NCBI GenBank assembly: GCA_028023455.1
Contig: JAQFVV010000003.1
Coordinates: 22,134,001-22,198,000 of the forward strand
Direction of reading: 5' to 3'
Length of the DNA: 64,000 bases
Source of the DNA: Epiperipatus broadwayi
Lineage: Eukaryota; Animalia; Onychophora
A program made the position numbers and the translations under genes. The notes beneath the pieces are model-generated. The model was not told where the DNA came from. It saw only the letters and a program-made list of their open reading frames with translations, and searched no databases. Below, piece after piece: positions 50,505 to 62,720 of the stretch; the stretch's first letter is position 1; every line of letters starts with the position of its first letter.

Positions 50505-52066
50505 TCATATACATAACATTTTTTAAAATAAATATTTTAACTAGTTCAGTGTTTTGAAAAATATGTTTATTGCTAAGTATCATATTCATAAATATATGCA
50601 AGATATCTTTTAATTTTTCAAAAAAATTAATGGAGATAACTGTAATGTTGTACAAAATATACAAACAAAATATATCCTCAGATAATTTGAATTTTTTATA
50701 CAAAAATATTTGCTAATAATACATTACATTAAAATATGCTATTTCAATTTAATACTGTTTATATCTTCTATAATACCAATATTAAAATAATTGTATGTCA
50801 AAATATCTTATTTTATTTCTTCTAATTTAATATTAATAACTTTTTTTTTTAATTTTTCTTATATTTGTAATTCTTTCTATAAGGTTTTCTTTATCAGCAT
50901 CTCTGAATATGAAGTTTAATTTTAAAAGCAATATTACACAAATTCAAGAATAATTTTGATTATATAATTTAGACTTTATGTCCACTTCTGTAATTTACTT
51001 TATACCCAAAGATATATAAATCTGATGTATATATTTACATATTATTATTTGCTATATATATTTGACTTTTTGTTTTTTCATACACATATCTATATCCACA
51101 CACTCAAACTATTATCAATTTCATTCTACAAGTGCTACTCAATTTTGGATTTATTTTCTTTATGTATAGACCTTTTATTTCCTACTTTTTTTTAGAATAT
51201 TATTTCAATATCCCATTAAATATACAACCTATATTTTTTATATGTAAATTTATCCATTTTCTTTATGCATTGGTTGAAGATGTGATTTTCCCAATAACTT
51301 CAGACTACATATTAAAAATAAAATGCAAAATCCATAAAATTAATATAACAAAAACAATAAAGCTGGGAATGTAATCATTGTCATAAAATAAAAATAAAGA
51401 ATTTAAATACTTTTAAAAGTAATAATTTTAAATTTTTTCATAAGTTATGAATTTTGATATGTTAAGTTTTAAAATAAGAATTTTTCTTGTAAGTTTAAAT
51501 TGATATATACATGTAATTGCAATTAAAATGAAATAAAATAGTACTCAGTGATTATATTTGTAGCAACTCCTTTTGATGTATTTCATTTTTAATCCAAAAT
51601 TCATGTATGAAAACATGATTAGGGGAATTCTTTTCTCTATCATAATTTTGTTTTAAAATATTTATTTAATAGTAACATTGATATATTATTATTAAGAAGT
51701 ATATACTTTGCTGATTATCTACGCACAATTCATTATATATCCATATGCACAGACATATATATATTTAAGGCCAATTTTTGTCACAACTGCTGATAAAAAT
51801 GTATTTTTATAATTAAAAAAAGCCTAACTTTCCAGAAAATTTAAAATAATTTATCAAAGATAATTCAATTCAATACACCATGAATTATTATTTTAAAATA
51901 GTAATATTGCATTGACCTTAAACATATCAATTGTTTTTAAAATATCAGTATTTAATTTATATAAAAAAAAAATTCTGCATTTTTTTTTTTTTAAAAAAAA
52001 CTTTTTCAAAAAAATTCATAAAAAAAAATTAAAAGATTTACTGATGTTTTAAAGAAAAATGAATTA

Positions 52067-52222
52067 CTGTATTTCTTCAATTTTTGGTCCTGTAAAAGTA
52101 GAAAGGCATCTTAAATCCAAAGCAACAATTTTATTAACTTATAGACTTTATCCCCCAATTTTCTAAGCTTAAAATCCTACTGCATCTTAAATTAGGGGTC
52201 TCTTATATTTGAAGTAATAAGG
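52067..52222. mobile_element. Possible Tc1/mariner-type MITE
   Basis: TA|CTGTATTTCTTCAA ... TTGAAGTAATAAGG|TA; imperfect TIRs, TA flanks. Confidence 0.4.
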
Positions 52223-55200
52223 TATCTATTAGATGACTTAACTAACCACATACATGCATAGTGCATGCCTTTTTTTTTTTATTTGCTGAAAGATAAATGT
52301 GCATCATAGAGACTTCCAAAACATGGATAAGATGTAGTTAATAGTCAATCTATTAATAGGTTTCTATTATATTTATGTTACTTAGATCTTTTTAATTAAA
52401 TTCTTGGTGTTTCTTTATGCACATATTAATCATATTTCTTTATTTACATTTACACAATTTATTATATAAATGCCACTTAAATTTTTGTTGTTTTTATTTT
52501 ATATAAATATGTATTATTCAGCATATTTATCATGCTATTTTTTATTACTTATGTGTATGTTTAATTTGTTTTAATCATTTTTATGTATTAATAATTTTAT
52601 TTGTTTGCTATTGTTTTCACATTTGTTTAACACACATAACTAATAAAAAAAGAATTGATATTATGAGAAATATATTAAATAATATTGAAAGAAAAAAGCA
52701 AAAAGATTTAAGGTATTTATGAAACAAAATGCATAAAATGTAAACAAGAAAATAGAATTAATACATACATAAAAAAAAAAAAGAATTTAATTATAATTCA
52801 GGAATGAATTTATTAATGATTGTGTATATAAAGAGAGAATAAAGATAAGCATATTAAATAACAATCTCTAGATATATAGGTTGGATTTTTATATTTTTGG
52901 AGATAATGTAAATTATAGAAATAGATCTAAATATAGCATATAATAAAAATTATTCTTGAGTATGTATATTTATTATAAAAATAATCTTGAAATTCAAAGA
53001 TATTAAAAATAGAGACAAAGGGAAAATAACTGGTATTTTGACATAATGTAGTTACTTTATATTTAGAATGATATTGATATTGTAAAAGAACAATGTTCAA
53101 GTGAAATAGCATATTATAAAGTAATGAATATATTGGTAATAAATTATAATATGTGAATGAGAGAATATATGTATGTAGATTTGTCAATGTGAATGCATAT
53201 ACATATTAAATGTTTGGTTATTTATTTTTTTGAAAAATGCACTATGTCTGTGTATATCATATAAGTATTAAAAATACAAAAATACTACATGTATATACAT
53301 AAATTAAGATTATTGAATATTTATGTAAAAAGTAATGTAATACAATTGTATTTTATGGCTCTGAAAAAAACTGCTGGTTAGTCAAAACTGTAAGATTGAA
53401 TTTAATAAAGCATTGTGAAAAGTGCAACAAAGGAATGAAATTTATATAAACAATGCAAGTAGATTTAAAAGATATTATCATGGATTATTATTGTAGATAT
53501 AAAATATTCACCTTCATCAGTGATGATAATGACCTAGTTCAATTCAAGGTAGAGCATTGATATTTGTTTAGTTAGCTAAAAAAAATTCATAAAAAGCTTA
53601 GAATTTTTTTGAGTTCGTGCCTCATAGACTTTTCAATTAGCTTGCAAATTAAGTACATATCCTTATCTAGAGATACTACTTCCCAAAATATCAGGGTTGA
53701 ATAGATGAATGTCAATAGTGATCTTAAAAACATTTATACTATGACACAGTTTTTCCTGCTAGCAAGAGATATCTGTGACTTCTACAGGCATTGAATCCAT
53801 GTTTTACTTTTGCATTTTCAGAATTGTGACAGACATGATTAATGATGAAAAATACTTATATTTTACTGAATATCAACAGATTATTCTACTATGTACAAAC
53901 TCACATATCTAAATTTTCTCTTCTAGAATGTTAATATGAATTAATACTATATTCATGTCTTGACATAAAAATGAATTTTACATCATCAAAAAAGTATTCC
54001 AAATTAATGTAGTTTTTTTTTTTTTTTTTTTTTGGCTCAAAAAACTGAAAATCTTTTCTTTTCAAAAATAAAATAATCTCTTGCTAGAATATATTTTAAT
54101 AAGCAGGGGCAAACTGCCAAAAATGATGATGAAGTATTATTGCCTGTTTTACACTCTGTTGCTTTGTTACTGAACTTGCTTTTAAGTAGGAAACACGTAT
54201 ACTGGGTACATACAAACAAAAAATCTAGGAATTTATAACACGTATTCTTACAAATATTAAAGTATAATAATAAAAAATAATTGATTTGCAAAGAATAATA
54301 GTGACTAAAGCATCTGTCAGTCATATTTAAGATCTGGAGTTTGAATCCAGATAAATGAGGTCAAAGGCAGTCTTATAAAAATTTTGTCAAGTAACTTACT
54401 AACAGCCAATCTATCTAGTAATTCAATTATTGCCTTGGTAAATTAGCATTATTAACTAGAGGCTAAAAGTCATAGCTTAATCTGATTGTATCAAATGAAT
54501 GTCAATATCCTGACTTGTAAAACAATTATAATATACTACCTTCAATATTGGTAGAAGTGTCACCTTTTTTAGAGACATTGAACACATATTTTATCTTTAT
54601 TTTATTTAGAGAAAAGTAAATGCATTATTGAAGTAAATTTATAAGTGATTTGTTTTATCAGTGCATTAGAACTCTGACTACACCTCTCTAAGGCAAGATA
54701 GGGACACATTTCTAAACACATTTTAATACCTTATGAAAGGGTGAATGCTCATTGCATGACAATTGTAAGTTTCATTTACCTTTAATTCAATCATATCACA
54801 ACTATCCATCAGCTCAGTAACCAGACTAAGCTCTCACACTATGGATATATGTAGAATATAAGATCAATATTGGTCTATGTCTTTAAAACTTTTTACAGCA
54901 GTTTTGTAAATATTTTGTGGGTTAAAAGGGGAAGCTAAGGCAATAAAAATATATTGAGATTATACCAAATTCACTACTTTTTTTATTTTGCTATAATATT
55001 TTACATAAATGCAAATTATCCATTACTTTGAACATTTTTTAACAAAAACCTTTTATTGTATCTATATGCATACACATATGTTTAGACTGTCCTGCAGTCT
55101 TCTTCAGAGCTATGATATAATGAAACATAAAATAAAATACATAACTATAATTTACAATGAGATTACTTAAATCATCTAGAGTTTGCAAATGATATTGTTT

Positions 55201-55334
55201 TTATAAATAAATACTTAAGAATTTCAGGAAATAGTAGATAAGTTATCAGATTAACGAAAAGAGGACTAAAGATAAAATAATATTCTATGGATTTTCTCAG
55301 AAGATTGTTGATCAAGATTTTTTAACAATTATAA

Positions 55335-55815
55335 ATATCTGAGTTAGATTATCAATACAGATGGAAAATAATGGAAATTAATCATAGAATTAAACTTGGT
55401 TGGGGTGCTTTTGGTAGAAGTAATTTAATATTAAAAGAAATATGCCTGTATGTTTGAAAAATCTTTTTAATAGATGTATTTTAACAGTTTATATGAGAAA
55501 AGTAGTACAAAAATTTCAAATCACTCAACAAAGTGTAGAAAGTGTATATTGATAGAAACAAGAAAGGATCAAAAATGTAATATTTGGATAGCAGAACAAG
55601 CAGGTATCACTGACATCATTGAATAAACTACGAGACTGAAGTGGGGCTGGGCTGACATATTACTAAAAAAGATAATAATAAATGGGCAATTGAAATCAAA
55701 GTGAAATACAAGAGATTGTAAAAGATTAAAAATGAGACCAGGAAGTTTGTTGGTGTGATTTTGGATTGAAGATACCATTCTGCAATGAATCAATAATGAC
55801 TGAACACAATGATGA
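55335..55815 (+). mobile_element. RTE-clade 3' fragment
   Basis: AATCATAGAATTAAACTTGGTTGGGG (cf. 9335-9362); ends ATGATGATGATAAG. Confidence 0.8.
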
Positions 55816-56229
55816 TGATAAGTGAATGGAACCCATAGAAAGATTAAAATTATATGGCAACAGATATAGGATAGGGAGCAATCCTACTTATATACATATA
55901 ATAAAAATGAATAAATAATTTTATTGGCCACGTTTTTTTCTCTCTAAAGTTTTATTTTTATGTGTGGCTAGTATAAAAATATAATTCATCTGCATCGATC
56001 AAACGATTGGCATTGGCTATATCTGATACATATTAAGCAATATAATAATCAGCATTCCATGTTTTGTATAAAATTTGATTCACAAACTTTTGAATTTTTT
56101 TATTTAATTATTGAGAAACATCAATTTATGTTGTTTTTTTTTTGTTGTTGTTGTTACTTAAACTTACCTTACTCTTAATGTTTATAATATCACGCATATG
56201 TCGATTAAATTAACCTCAAAATATTTTAT

Positions 56230-57119
56230 TTTAAGTAATAAACTTTATTAGACAAATGTTTACATATGCACATTAAATATCTACAAATTAGTTTTGATTC
56301 ACCTTGTGCTACTACGTCAAATTTACCGATCCTGTCCCCCCGAAGCACCACAATTCAAATCTATAATACTCTCACTGTTGATATGTCAACATTTTTCCTG
56401 TTCAATCCCAGAGTTACTCGTCTCTAATCTTCTTGGAAGATCTTCTACATATTTTCTGTCTTATTTCTCTTTGTGTGTGTCCCTTTACTCCCACATTTCG
56501 CAAACAGTCATAGCGGTCCCTCCCCATACCTTTCCATAATCTTCTTTGGCCAGTATTTTAAACACCTATCAAAATAGTTGTCCCAATCATTGTCAAGTTT
56601 CTTCAACCAGTTAAACTGTTTGTTATCAAAGATTAACGAACACCGGATTGTCCATATAGTTTTCAATGCATGCATTATCACCATTGCGTTATGAGGTTTG
56701 AATTTTAATACATTTTGCTTCAGTAGTATTTTAAGATTTATCATTGGGGTGTGGAAAACTCTGTATCTTAGCTTCCCAAATTCACTGCATTCTTCTAGTA
56801 AGTGTTGAAATGTTTCATGTTTATTCTTACAAAATAAACAAGTTTCCTCTAAGCTAATTCCCAATCTTTTATTAATGTATGTTGTGGTCGGTAAAATTCC
56901 ATTGATCAACTTGAATATGAATTTCATATATGTCTGTGGTGTATATATTGAATGGAATTTAACTAGTACCCCTTTCATTGAGCAATTTATCCACGAATTT
57001 TCATGAGGTTTTACTCCCCTTTTCATGTCTTTGTATCTAATTCCTTCCAAATTTTGTACATTTAGGTCATCTTGTATGTCCTTATATGCTATGAACATAT
57101 ATTTCTTCTTGTCAAGCAT
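56230..57119 (-). mobile_element. 5'-truncated L1/Tx1-like LINE, open C-terminal ORF + 3' UTR
   Basis: 203-aa open ORF with FIFKLINGILPT, CLFCKNKHETFQHLLEEC and IWTIRCSLIFD; AATAAA on the minus strand near 56245. Confidence 0.85.
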
Positions 57120-57168
57120 CGGTGATCGAGAGGTTCGCTTCCCGGCTGATGCTATGACACATGAGAAA
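57109..57168 (+). mobile_element. 3' part of a tRNA-derived SINE (same family as 61235-61341)
   Basis: AGGTTCGCTTCCCGGCTGATGCTATGACACATGAGAAA vs GGGTTCGCCTTCCAGCCGATGCTATGACATATGAAATAA. Confidence 0.65.
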
Positions 57169-57399
57169 AATATATATATTTCTTAAGTTTTAAGCAAATT
57201 TTAATTTAAATAACTAAAAAGCTGATTGGAACAGTGTTTAATAATGATCAAAATGGTGATATTTGATTAGCGTCAATACTAGTTTGCCATCCTCTTAATA
57301 TATTATTGCAAGTATAATGTAAACTGTACCTTATTTAGTATCATTTTAGCTTAACATTTTTTATTATCCACGTGGGATCTTATAAATAAAATTGACTTT

Positions 57400-58700
57400 T
57401 AGATTCCCGGAAAAGACTTTTCTTAACAGAAAAATTGTTTTTTTAACATAGTAATTTTATTTTTAATATTTTCTAACAAGATCGTTATTACTCATCATTT
57501 AATTTCATTTTCACAAGTAAATATGTGCGCGAAATTACGGGTAAAAAAAATTATAAATTTGAATCCTTTAATTTTCACATAATTTTACAATATTTTAAAT
57601 CACTTTTTTTTTTCAAAGTTATTTAAACTTGATACAATAATAATTAATGAACAACTGCTTTTGAAGATAAAGTAATTTGTAGCACAGAGACGTGGACTAC
57701 AATTTAACATATTCGTAAAATTATTAATCATTTGAACACATCAGCACGCCAATAAATTATAACTATATCAATACCATGTAGCTATCTCTACGATCTAATT
57801 AATTAAGAATAAAACAAATACTAAATAAAAAAGAGCCAGAAAGAATTGATAAAATTCAACGTAACTACTTCAAAGTGCCCGCAGGCAAAAATCGAACTCA
57901 GGTAAAAGAAAATAAACTTTTAGTTTCATACCGGCCCAAGTTTCTACTAATTTTTTAAATTAAGATGAGTTAATAAATAGTTTTGTAATTATATATCAAT
58001 TAATATACTTACCAGTCTGTGTCGATAAAAGCAAAATCAAAGAAACACACCAAAACATTACTAGCAACTCTTAAAAAGATATTAGTAGGGAGATCTTACC
58101 ACACAATGAAAAGTAACTTCGATCACGTGACTTATGACGCTTCTCAAAGAGCAGTGGCCGCAATTTTTTTTAATTGTTTTCCACTTTTAAGATGTCTTGA
58201 AGATTTAATCGACAAAAAATGAAGGCTTTTTTTTTTTAATGTATAAATATTTTATATTTACAGAAAAAGTGTCGCTATCTCAGAACTTATCCTGTTTTAT
58301 ATTACGTGCAATGTATCATATTATGTGTGATCGTTCCGGGCGATAATTTTTTCACTTAAAATGCGGAGGGCATTAAAATTTGTCGTAATAACTACGAATT
58401 TACACACAAGCTAGTACGTACTTAGGGCCTTTTTCCAAGCTCTCAATGTAATTAATAAAGTAAAGATTGCAGCGTAGCTCTAAATATTGAAGTGCTAAAA
58501 AAATTTTATATTTAAAAAATAACGAGCAATCACACTTTTACCATCGATGATGATCAAAGTATTGTCATTTAATCTTAATCTATAACTAATGATTCAATTT
58601 TTGAGCAGGGATTATACCTACTGTTTGCCCATTGTCAGAGTCTGACAATTGATTTTTGCGTTTAAAGCAAGCCTTAAAAACTACGCCTTTAAAATTTAAT
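57400..58700. promoter_or_regulatory. CpG-retaining promoter-like region
   Basis: Many CpGs relative to the rest of the window; CACGTG (58124-58129), TGACGC (58135-58140), Inr-like TCATT on the minus strand (58109-58105). Confidence 0.45.
58013..58058 (-). CDS. Candidate first coding exon encoding a signal peptide
   Basis: ATG-TTT-TGG... = MFWCVSLILLLSTQT plus G, then a consensus donor G|GTAAGT (phase 1); downstream exons not identified. Confidence 0.45.
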
Positions 58701-58703
58701 AAA

Positions 58704-59005
58704 AGAACCTCAGTGCGAAAAGTTAGCTATTCGTCCATCATGCCTACAATCTTAAGTTCAAGTCCAGGCTAAATGAAAACATTTTTCAAGTAGATTTAAG
58801 AATTTTCATTCAGATAGCTGGACTATAAACAGCCTAGGTAATCTTCCAACATTGGTTAGGAAGGGATTCTTACTACGAGAAACAATTCACGTGGCAATTG
58901 GTAAATCTGATGAATACCGCCTTCCCTTTCACTTTTTCTCTACGTTGGGTTAATGGATGCACCTTTGGCTCGCAATGGGCTAGTAATTCCAAAAGGCTGT
59001 TTTAC
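58704..59005 (+). mobile_element. Probable tRNA-derived SINE
   Basis: A-box-like CAGTGCGAAAAGTTAG, B-box-like AGTTCAAGTCC (58755-58765), then a TGAAAA...TTTTCA hairpin and GC-richer body; single copy in the window. Confidence 0.4.
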
Positions 59006-59134
59006 CTATTTAATTAAAATGAGATACTGAATAAATCAATGGGCGTATGTAAAAAAAATATGTATTAAATAAAAGAAAATATATTTATTTAAAATAAATA
59101 ATTTTTTTTTAAAAAAAAATGCAAAAATAATAAG

Positions 59135-59614
59135 AAAGGATTTAAATTTAGATTTTCAATCTCCCTACAGCTATCCACGCCATCTTATATAACTACTTAC
59201 ATGTGAAAAAAATAAATAATCAACATAATATATATTTCACACTGAACCAGCTCTCATCAGTTAATCCAGATCATTATTTTCTACATATTTATATAATCAG
59301 TGCTCAGTTTATATTAAGATATTAAATCTTCAAACTTTAATAAAGAAACTTCAATCTCCTTAACGCTCCAACTCTTCAGTCATGCAATCATTAAAAATTT
59401 GCCATCTTATTAAAAACCGAACACTGATCATATATATTTGTGGGAGATAATAATCTGGACCAGCTGATGAGTGCTAGTTCAACATGAAATATGTATATTG
59501 GAGATCAGGTATGTGGTCATGTGAATCAGTTGTATGAGTTAGAGTAGATAGCAGAAATGAGATTGTAAGTCTGTGTTCAAATTCCCTACATTACGTCTAG
59601 ACTTCAGGTATATA
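59135..59614. mobile_element. Family B fold-back insertion
   Basis: Antisense arm with CTCTCATCAGTT (~59250), switch near 59420, sense arm with hammerhead 59459-59502 (CCAG CTGATGA GTGCTAGTTCAACAT GAAA TATGTAT A TTGG). Confidence 0.8.
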
Positions 59615-59626
59615 AAATATATTATT

Positions 59627-59999
59627 AAACAGGCAAATCTCTCCATACAGTAGTGCCACCCTTTGCCGACCAGAGTAATCAATGGATGCCAAAAGGCTTG
59701 TGCATAAAATCCCCATCTAGTACCTACTCATCCAATATCTCCAGACTAGTTTCTGGCTTGTGGCCTTTGTCAGTGAGAAGCCTTGGATCTGAGAGCATTG
59801 CACCTAGATCTTAGGATCTAATGCAACCCTCCAGCAGCCACCTTTTATCTCCACTTAACTATAAAACCATGAGAATGAAATTGAAAACACAATATTTTCC
59901 AATCTAAGCTCAATAACTTATGTAGTCATATGGGTCTGAACTCAGTTCAGCACCCATACCTTTTGGGGTCTTTGGCTCTTTAACAACCATAGCTACCAC
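59627..59999 (-). mobile_element. Family A copy (about 0.8 unit)
   Basis: Colinear with 4734-5107; hammerhead 59738-59779 with core CTGACAA; flanks TAAAATATATTATT / TAAAATATTATT resemble a slipped TSD. Confidence 0.9.
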
Positions 60000-60029
60000 T
60001 AAAATATTATTTGTATTTAAAATAGCACA

Positions 60030-60440
60030 AATTCAGCCTATATCTTGCCCATCCCTCTTCTGTAAATTTAAATAGACAAGGTCTTATACATGAGGGGTCA
60101 GAGTGACTTAAAGTAATATGACATTGACAAGGGATTTGGGTGTTTCATCAACAGATTTTCAATTGCATGGATGGCTGAAGAGTTGGAGGGTGGAATAGAT
60201 TAGAGCCTGTCCATTAAAGTATGATTTGCTATCTTAATATAAACCAAGCACTGATTATACATGTGTGTTGGGGTGAGATGATGATCTGGGATAACTGATG
60301 AGCGCTGGTTCAGCATGAAATACATATATGGGAGATCGTTAATCTTTTTCACATGTGCGTGGTTCATGTGCCTCGGTTGTATGAAAGAGAGGGGATGGCT
60401 GAAGGGAGCTTGAAAGTCTGTCTTCAAATCCTCTATATTA
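60030..60440 (+). mobile_element. Family B copy (about one unit, ribozyme sense)
   Basis: Reverse-complement homology to 35260-35650; AACTGATGAGCGCTGGTTCAGCATGAAATACATAT at ~60293-60327. Confidence 0.85.
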
Positions 60441-61234
60441 AATTATTCTTTATGCTTTTATTATAGCTTGATAGCTTCATTATAATTTGTTGTTTTACAT
60501 GACCTTCGGATTTGGTTGTTAATAAATAATTTTATAAAACTTTCATTTTAGAAAAACTGTTTTGACTGCGGTTACACTTATAAATAAGGTTACCAGAATT
60601 CTTTGGAATGTGATTATTGGATACGTGCATTTAAAACCATTTTTCACCTACAAACTTCTAATACAATTCATTTCCCTTGGGAGCAAGTTATTTTTATATT
60701 TATCAGGCAGGAGATAAAATCTTTTTTCAAAAAAAAAATCAGTATTAAAAACAGAACAATTTCCAATTGTCACAGGTAATTTTTTTCTTTTTATGTTTAA
60801 AAAGTGCAAAGATGGGAGAGAAGATCTAATCTTAAGTTTTCAATACTCTTTATTCGATGGTTAGTGGCCTACTAATTTTGTTTTCAAATTGTTTTTTTTT
60901 ATATTGAATTCATTTTATTTAATAAATATTTGTATAACTTTATAAATACTGTCTAGTGCTTTGCTTAGCCTACTGACATCTTCTACAGGTGGTAGATAGT
61001 AAAATGACATTCAGATATAAATATCAAATGTGAACAACAAATAAACAATGCCTAACCAAGAGTACCTCCTACTGCCTTGTAGAATAAATGTTGCTTCATT
61101 TTGACTAGGTACTGTTTCCAATACATTCTTTTCTGTCTTTTTTTCTTCTTCAATCACTTAAAATTAGTGTAAGGCCTATTTTCATGAGCTTCTTATGCTA
61201 TCAATCATCTTTCTACTCAACTATAACAATGTGT

Positions 61235-61341
61235 CAAGTGTTGTTAGCCACGAGGTCATCGCAGCCGTCTTGCAAGCAAGTAGTTGGTTGCAGATGGTTG
61301 TGGGTTCGCCTTCCAGCCGATGCTATGACATATGAAATAAA
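61235..61341 (+). mobile_element. tRNA-derived SINE with 16-bp TSD
   Basis: A-box-like TAGCCACGAGG, B-box-like GGTTCGCC, acceptor-like GTGTTG/CGATGC; AACTATAACAATGTGT at 61219-61234 and 61342-61357. Confidence 0.75.
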
Positions 61342-62427
61342 AACTATAACAATGTGTTTAAGCTTTTGTGTAACCACATTTCCAATCTTTAATTACATGC
61401 CCAATATTTCTGATTCCAATACTCTTTTTATATCACCAATCACGATGTTAAGATATTTCAGCAACACCCTCTATGAATAAATATAAATTCTAAACTTCAA
61501 CAGCTGTATGCTAAGATATTTTCTAATATATTGTAACCGAAAGTCTGATCAGGTTACAACAGACAACACTAATGGTATAGCATGAAATTGTTATGATCTA
61601 ATCTGGTCACGGCCAGGGTACACCACGAAGACCCATCGTAGCAGTATGTGAAAGTACATTAGATTACCTAAGACAGATTATAATTATATAATTTTTATTA
61701 TCCTTCAAAACCTTAATCTGCGATTTTCATTTTCATGAGATCTTATGGCTGACCATGGTCAAGATGGTATAATTTGTGAAACTATTAACGATTATTCTTT
61801 CAGAATGACATATATGATTCACAGGTCTATATTAGCTATTACATGGTAGATACAAGTTATTAACAAGAAAGCAATAATTATAATGATCACTATAACATGA
61901 TTTATTATAACTCAGATATACTTAGGATTGTGGTACAAATGCTAGTCTAGGTATGGGCTTTGCAATAATAAATAAGCATAGGAAACTTGGATCCCTTCCA
62001 CATTAAATTAAATTTATAATTAAATAAATAGCAGTGAGACTCTACTTATATTTAATGAATTGCAAATGATAGCATTAAGAGAATAAATTCTATCGTAACA
62101 TTATCTAAAAAATTTATTTATGACTTTATAGAAACAATCAATTTTGTAATATATTCCAGAATTAACAAAGCTAAAGCTAAAGTGATGGAAGAAGTAAATG
62201 GGACCCAGGAACAAAAGCATTCAAATATTTCCCCAGAATATTGGTAAGATTTATATGCCCTATTAATGACAATATGTGCTCGAATGTATGCTCTACTTAA
62301 AATGTAGGATTTTCTGTTTTTGTGAATGACAAATAGCAAAGGCATAGCAGGTTAAATTATGGGTTACCATTTATTTACAATTTTATCAAAATACTGTAAT
62401 AAATAAATAAACAAGTAAATTACAGAA

Positions 62428-62720
62428 TAAATAAAATACCATTCCATCTATTTGCTTCAATAACTGGATAATATACACAGTTTTATAATAAACACAATCA
62501 CAAGATTTTACCATAAATTGACTTAATTTCAGCCCTGAGAAAAGAGAATGGAGTTCAACATCAAATCATGAAATATCTGGTCCAATATAATAAATAAATA
62601 AATAAAATACCATTCCATCTATATCTATTTTCTTCAATAAGTGGATAATATACAAAGTTTTATAATAAACACAATTAGAGAAAAGAGAATGGAGTTCAAC
62701 ATCAAGTCATGAAATATCCA
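62428..62720. repeat. Imperfect tandem duplication (~170-bp period, internal deletion in copy 2)
   Basis: ATAAATAAAATACCATTCCATCTA...GAGAAAAGAGAATGGAGTTCAACATCAA(A/G)TCATGAAATATC present twice. Confidence 0.8.

Noticed and set aside
48786-54324. Short ORF-track entries as genes
   Set aside because: F/I/L/Y/K/N-biased translations typical of random AT-rich sequence or antisense TE; the same holds for most <100-aa ORFs in the track
53820-54960. Further candidate exons (IVTDMINDEK..., GQTAKNDDEVLL..., a 24-nt minus-strand microexon)
   Set aside because: Conflicting strands, weak acceptors or in-frame stops; unsupported without RNA data
57805-57906. Plus-strand coding first exon ending CAG|GTAAAA
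   Set aside because: No ATG in the open frame; at most a non-coding exon
57109-61341. Functional tRNA genes
   Set aside because: Arms are degenerate, both share a non-tRNA tail, and one has a 16-bp TSD; called as SINEs instead
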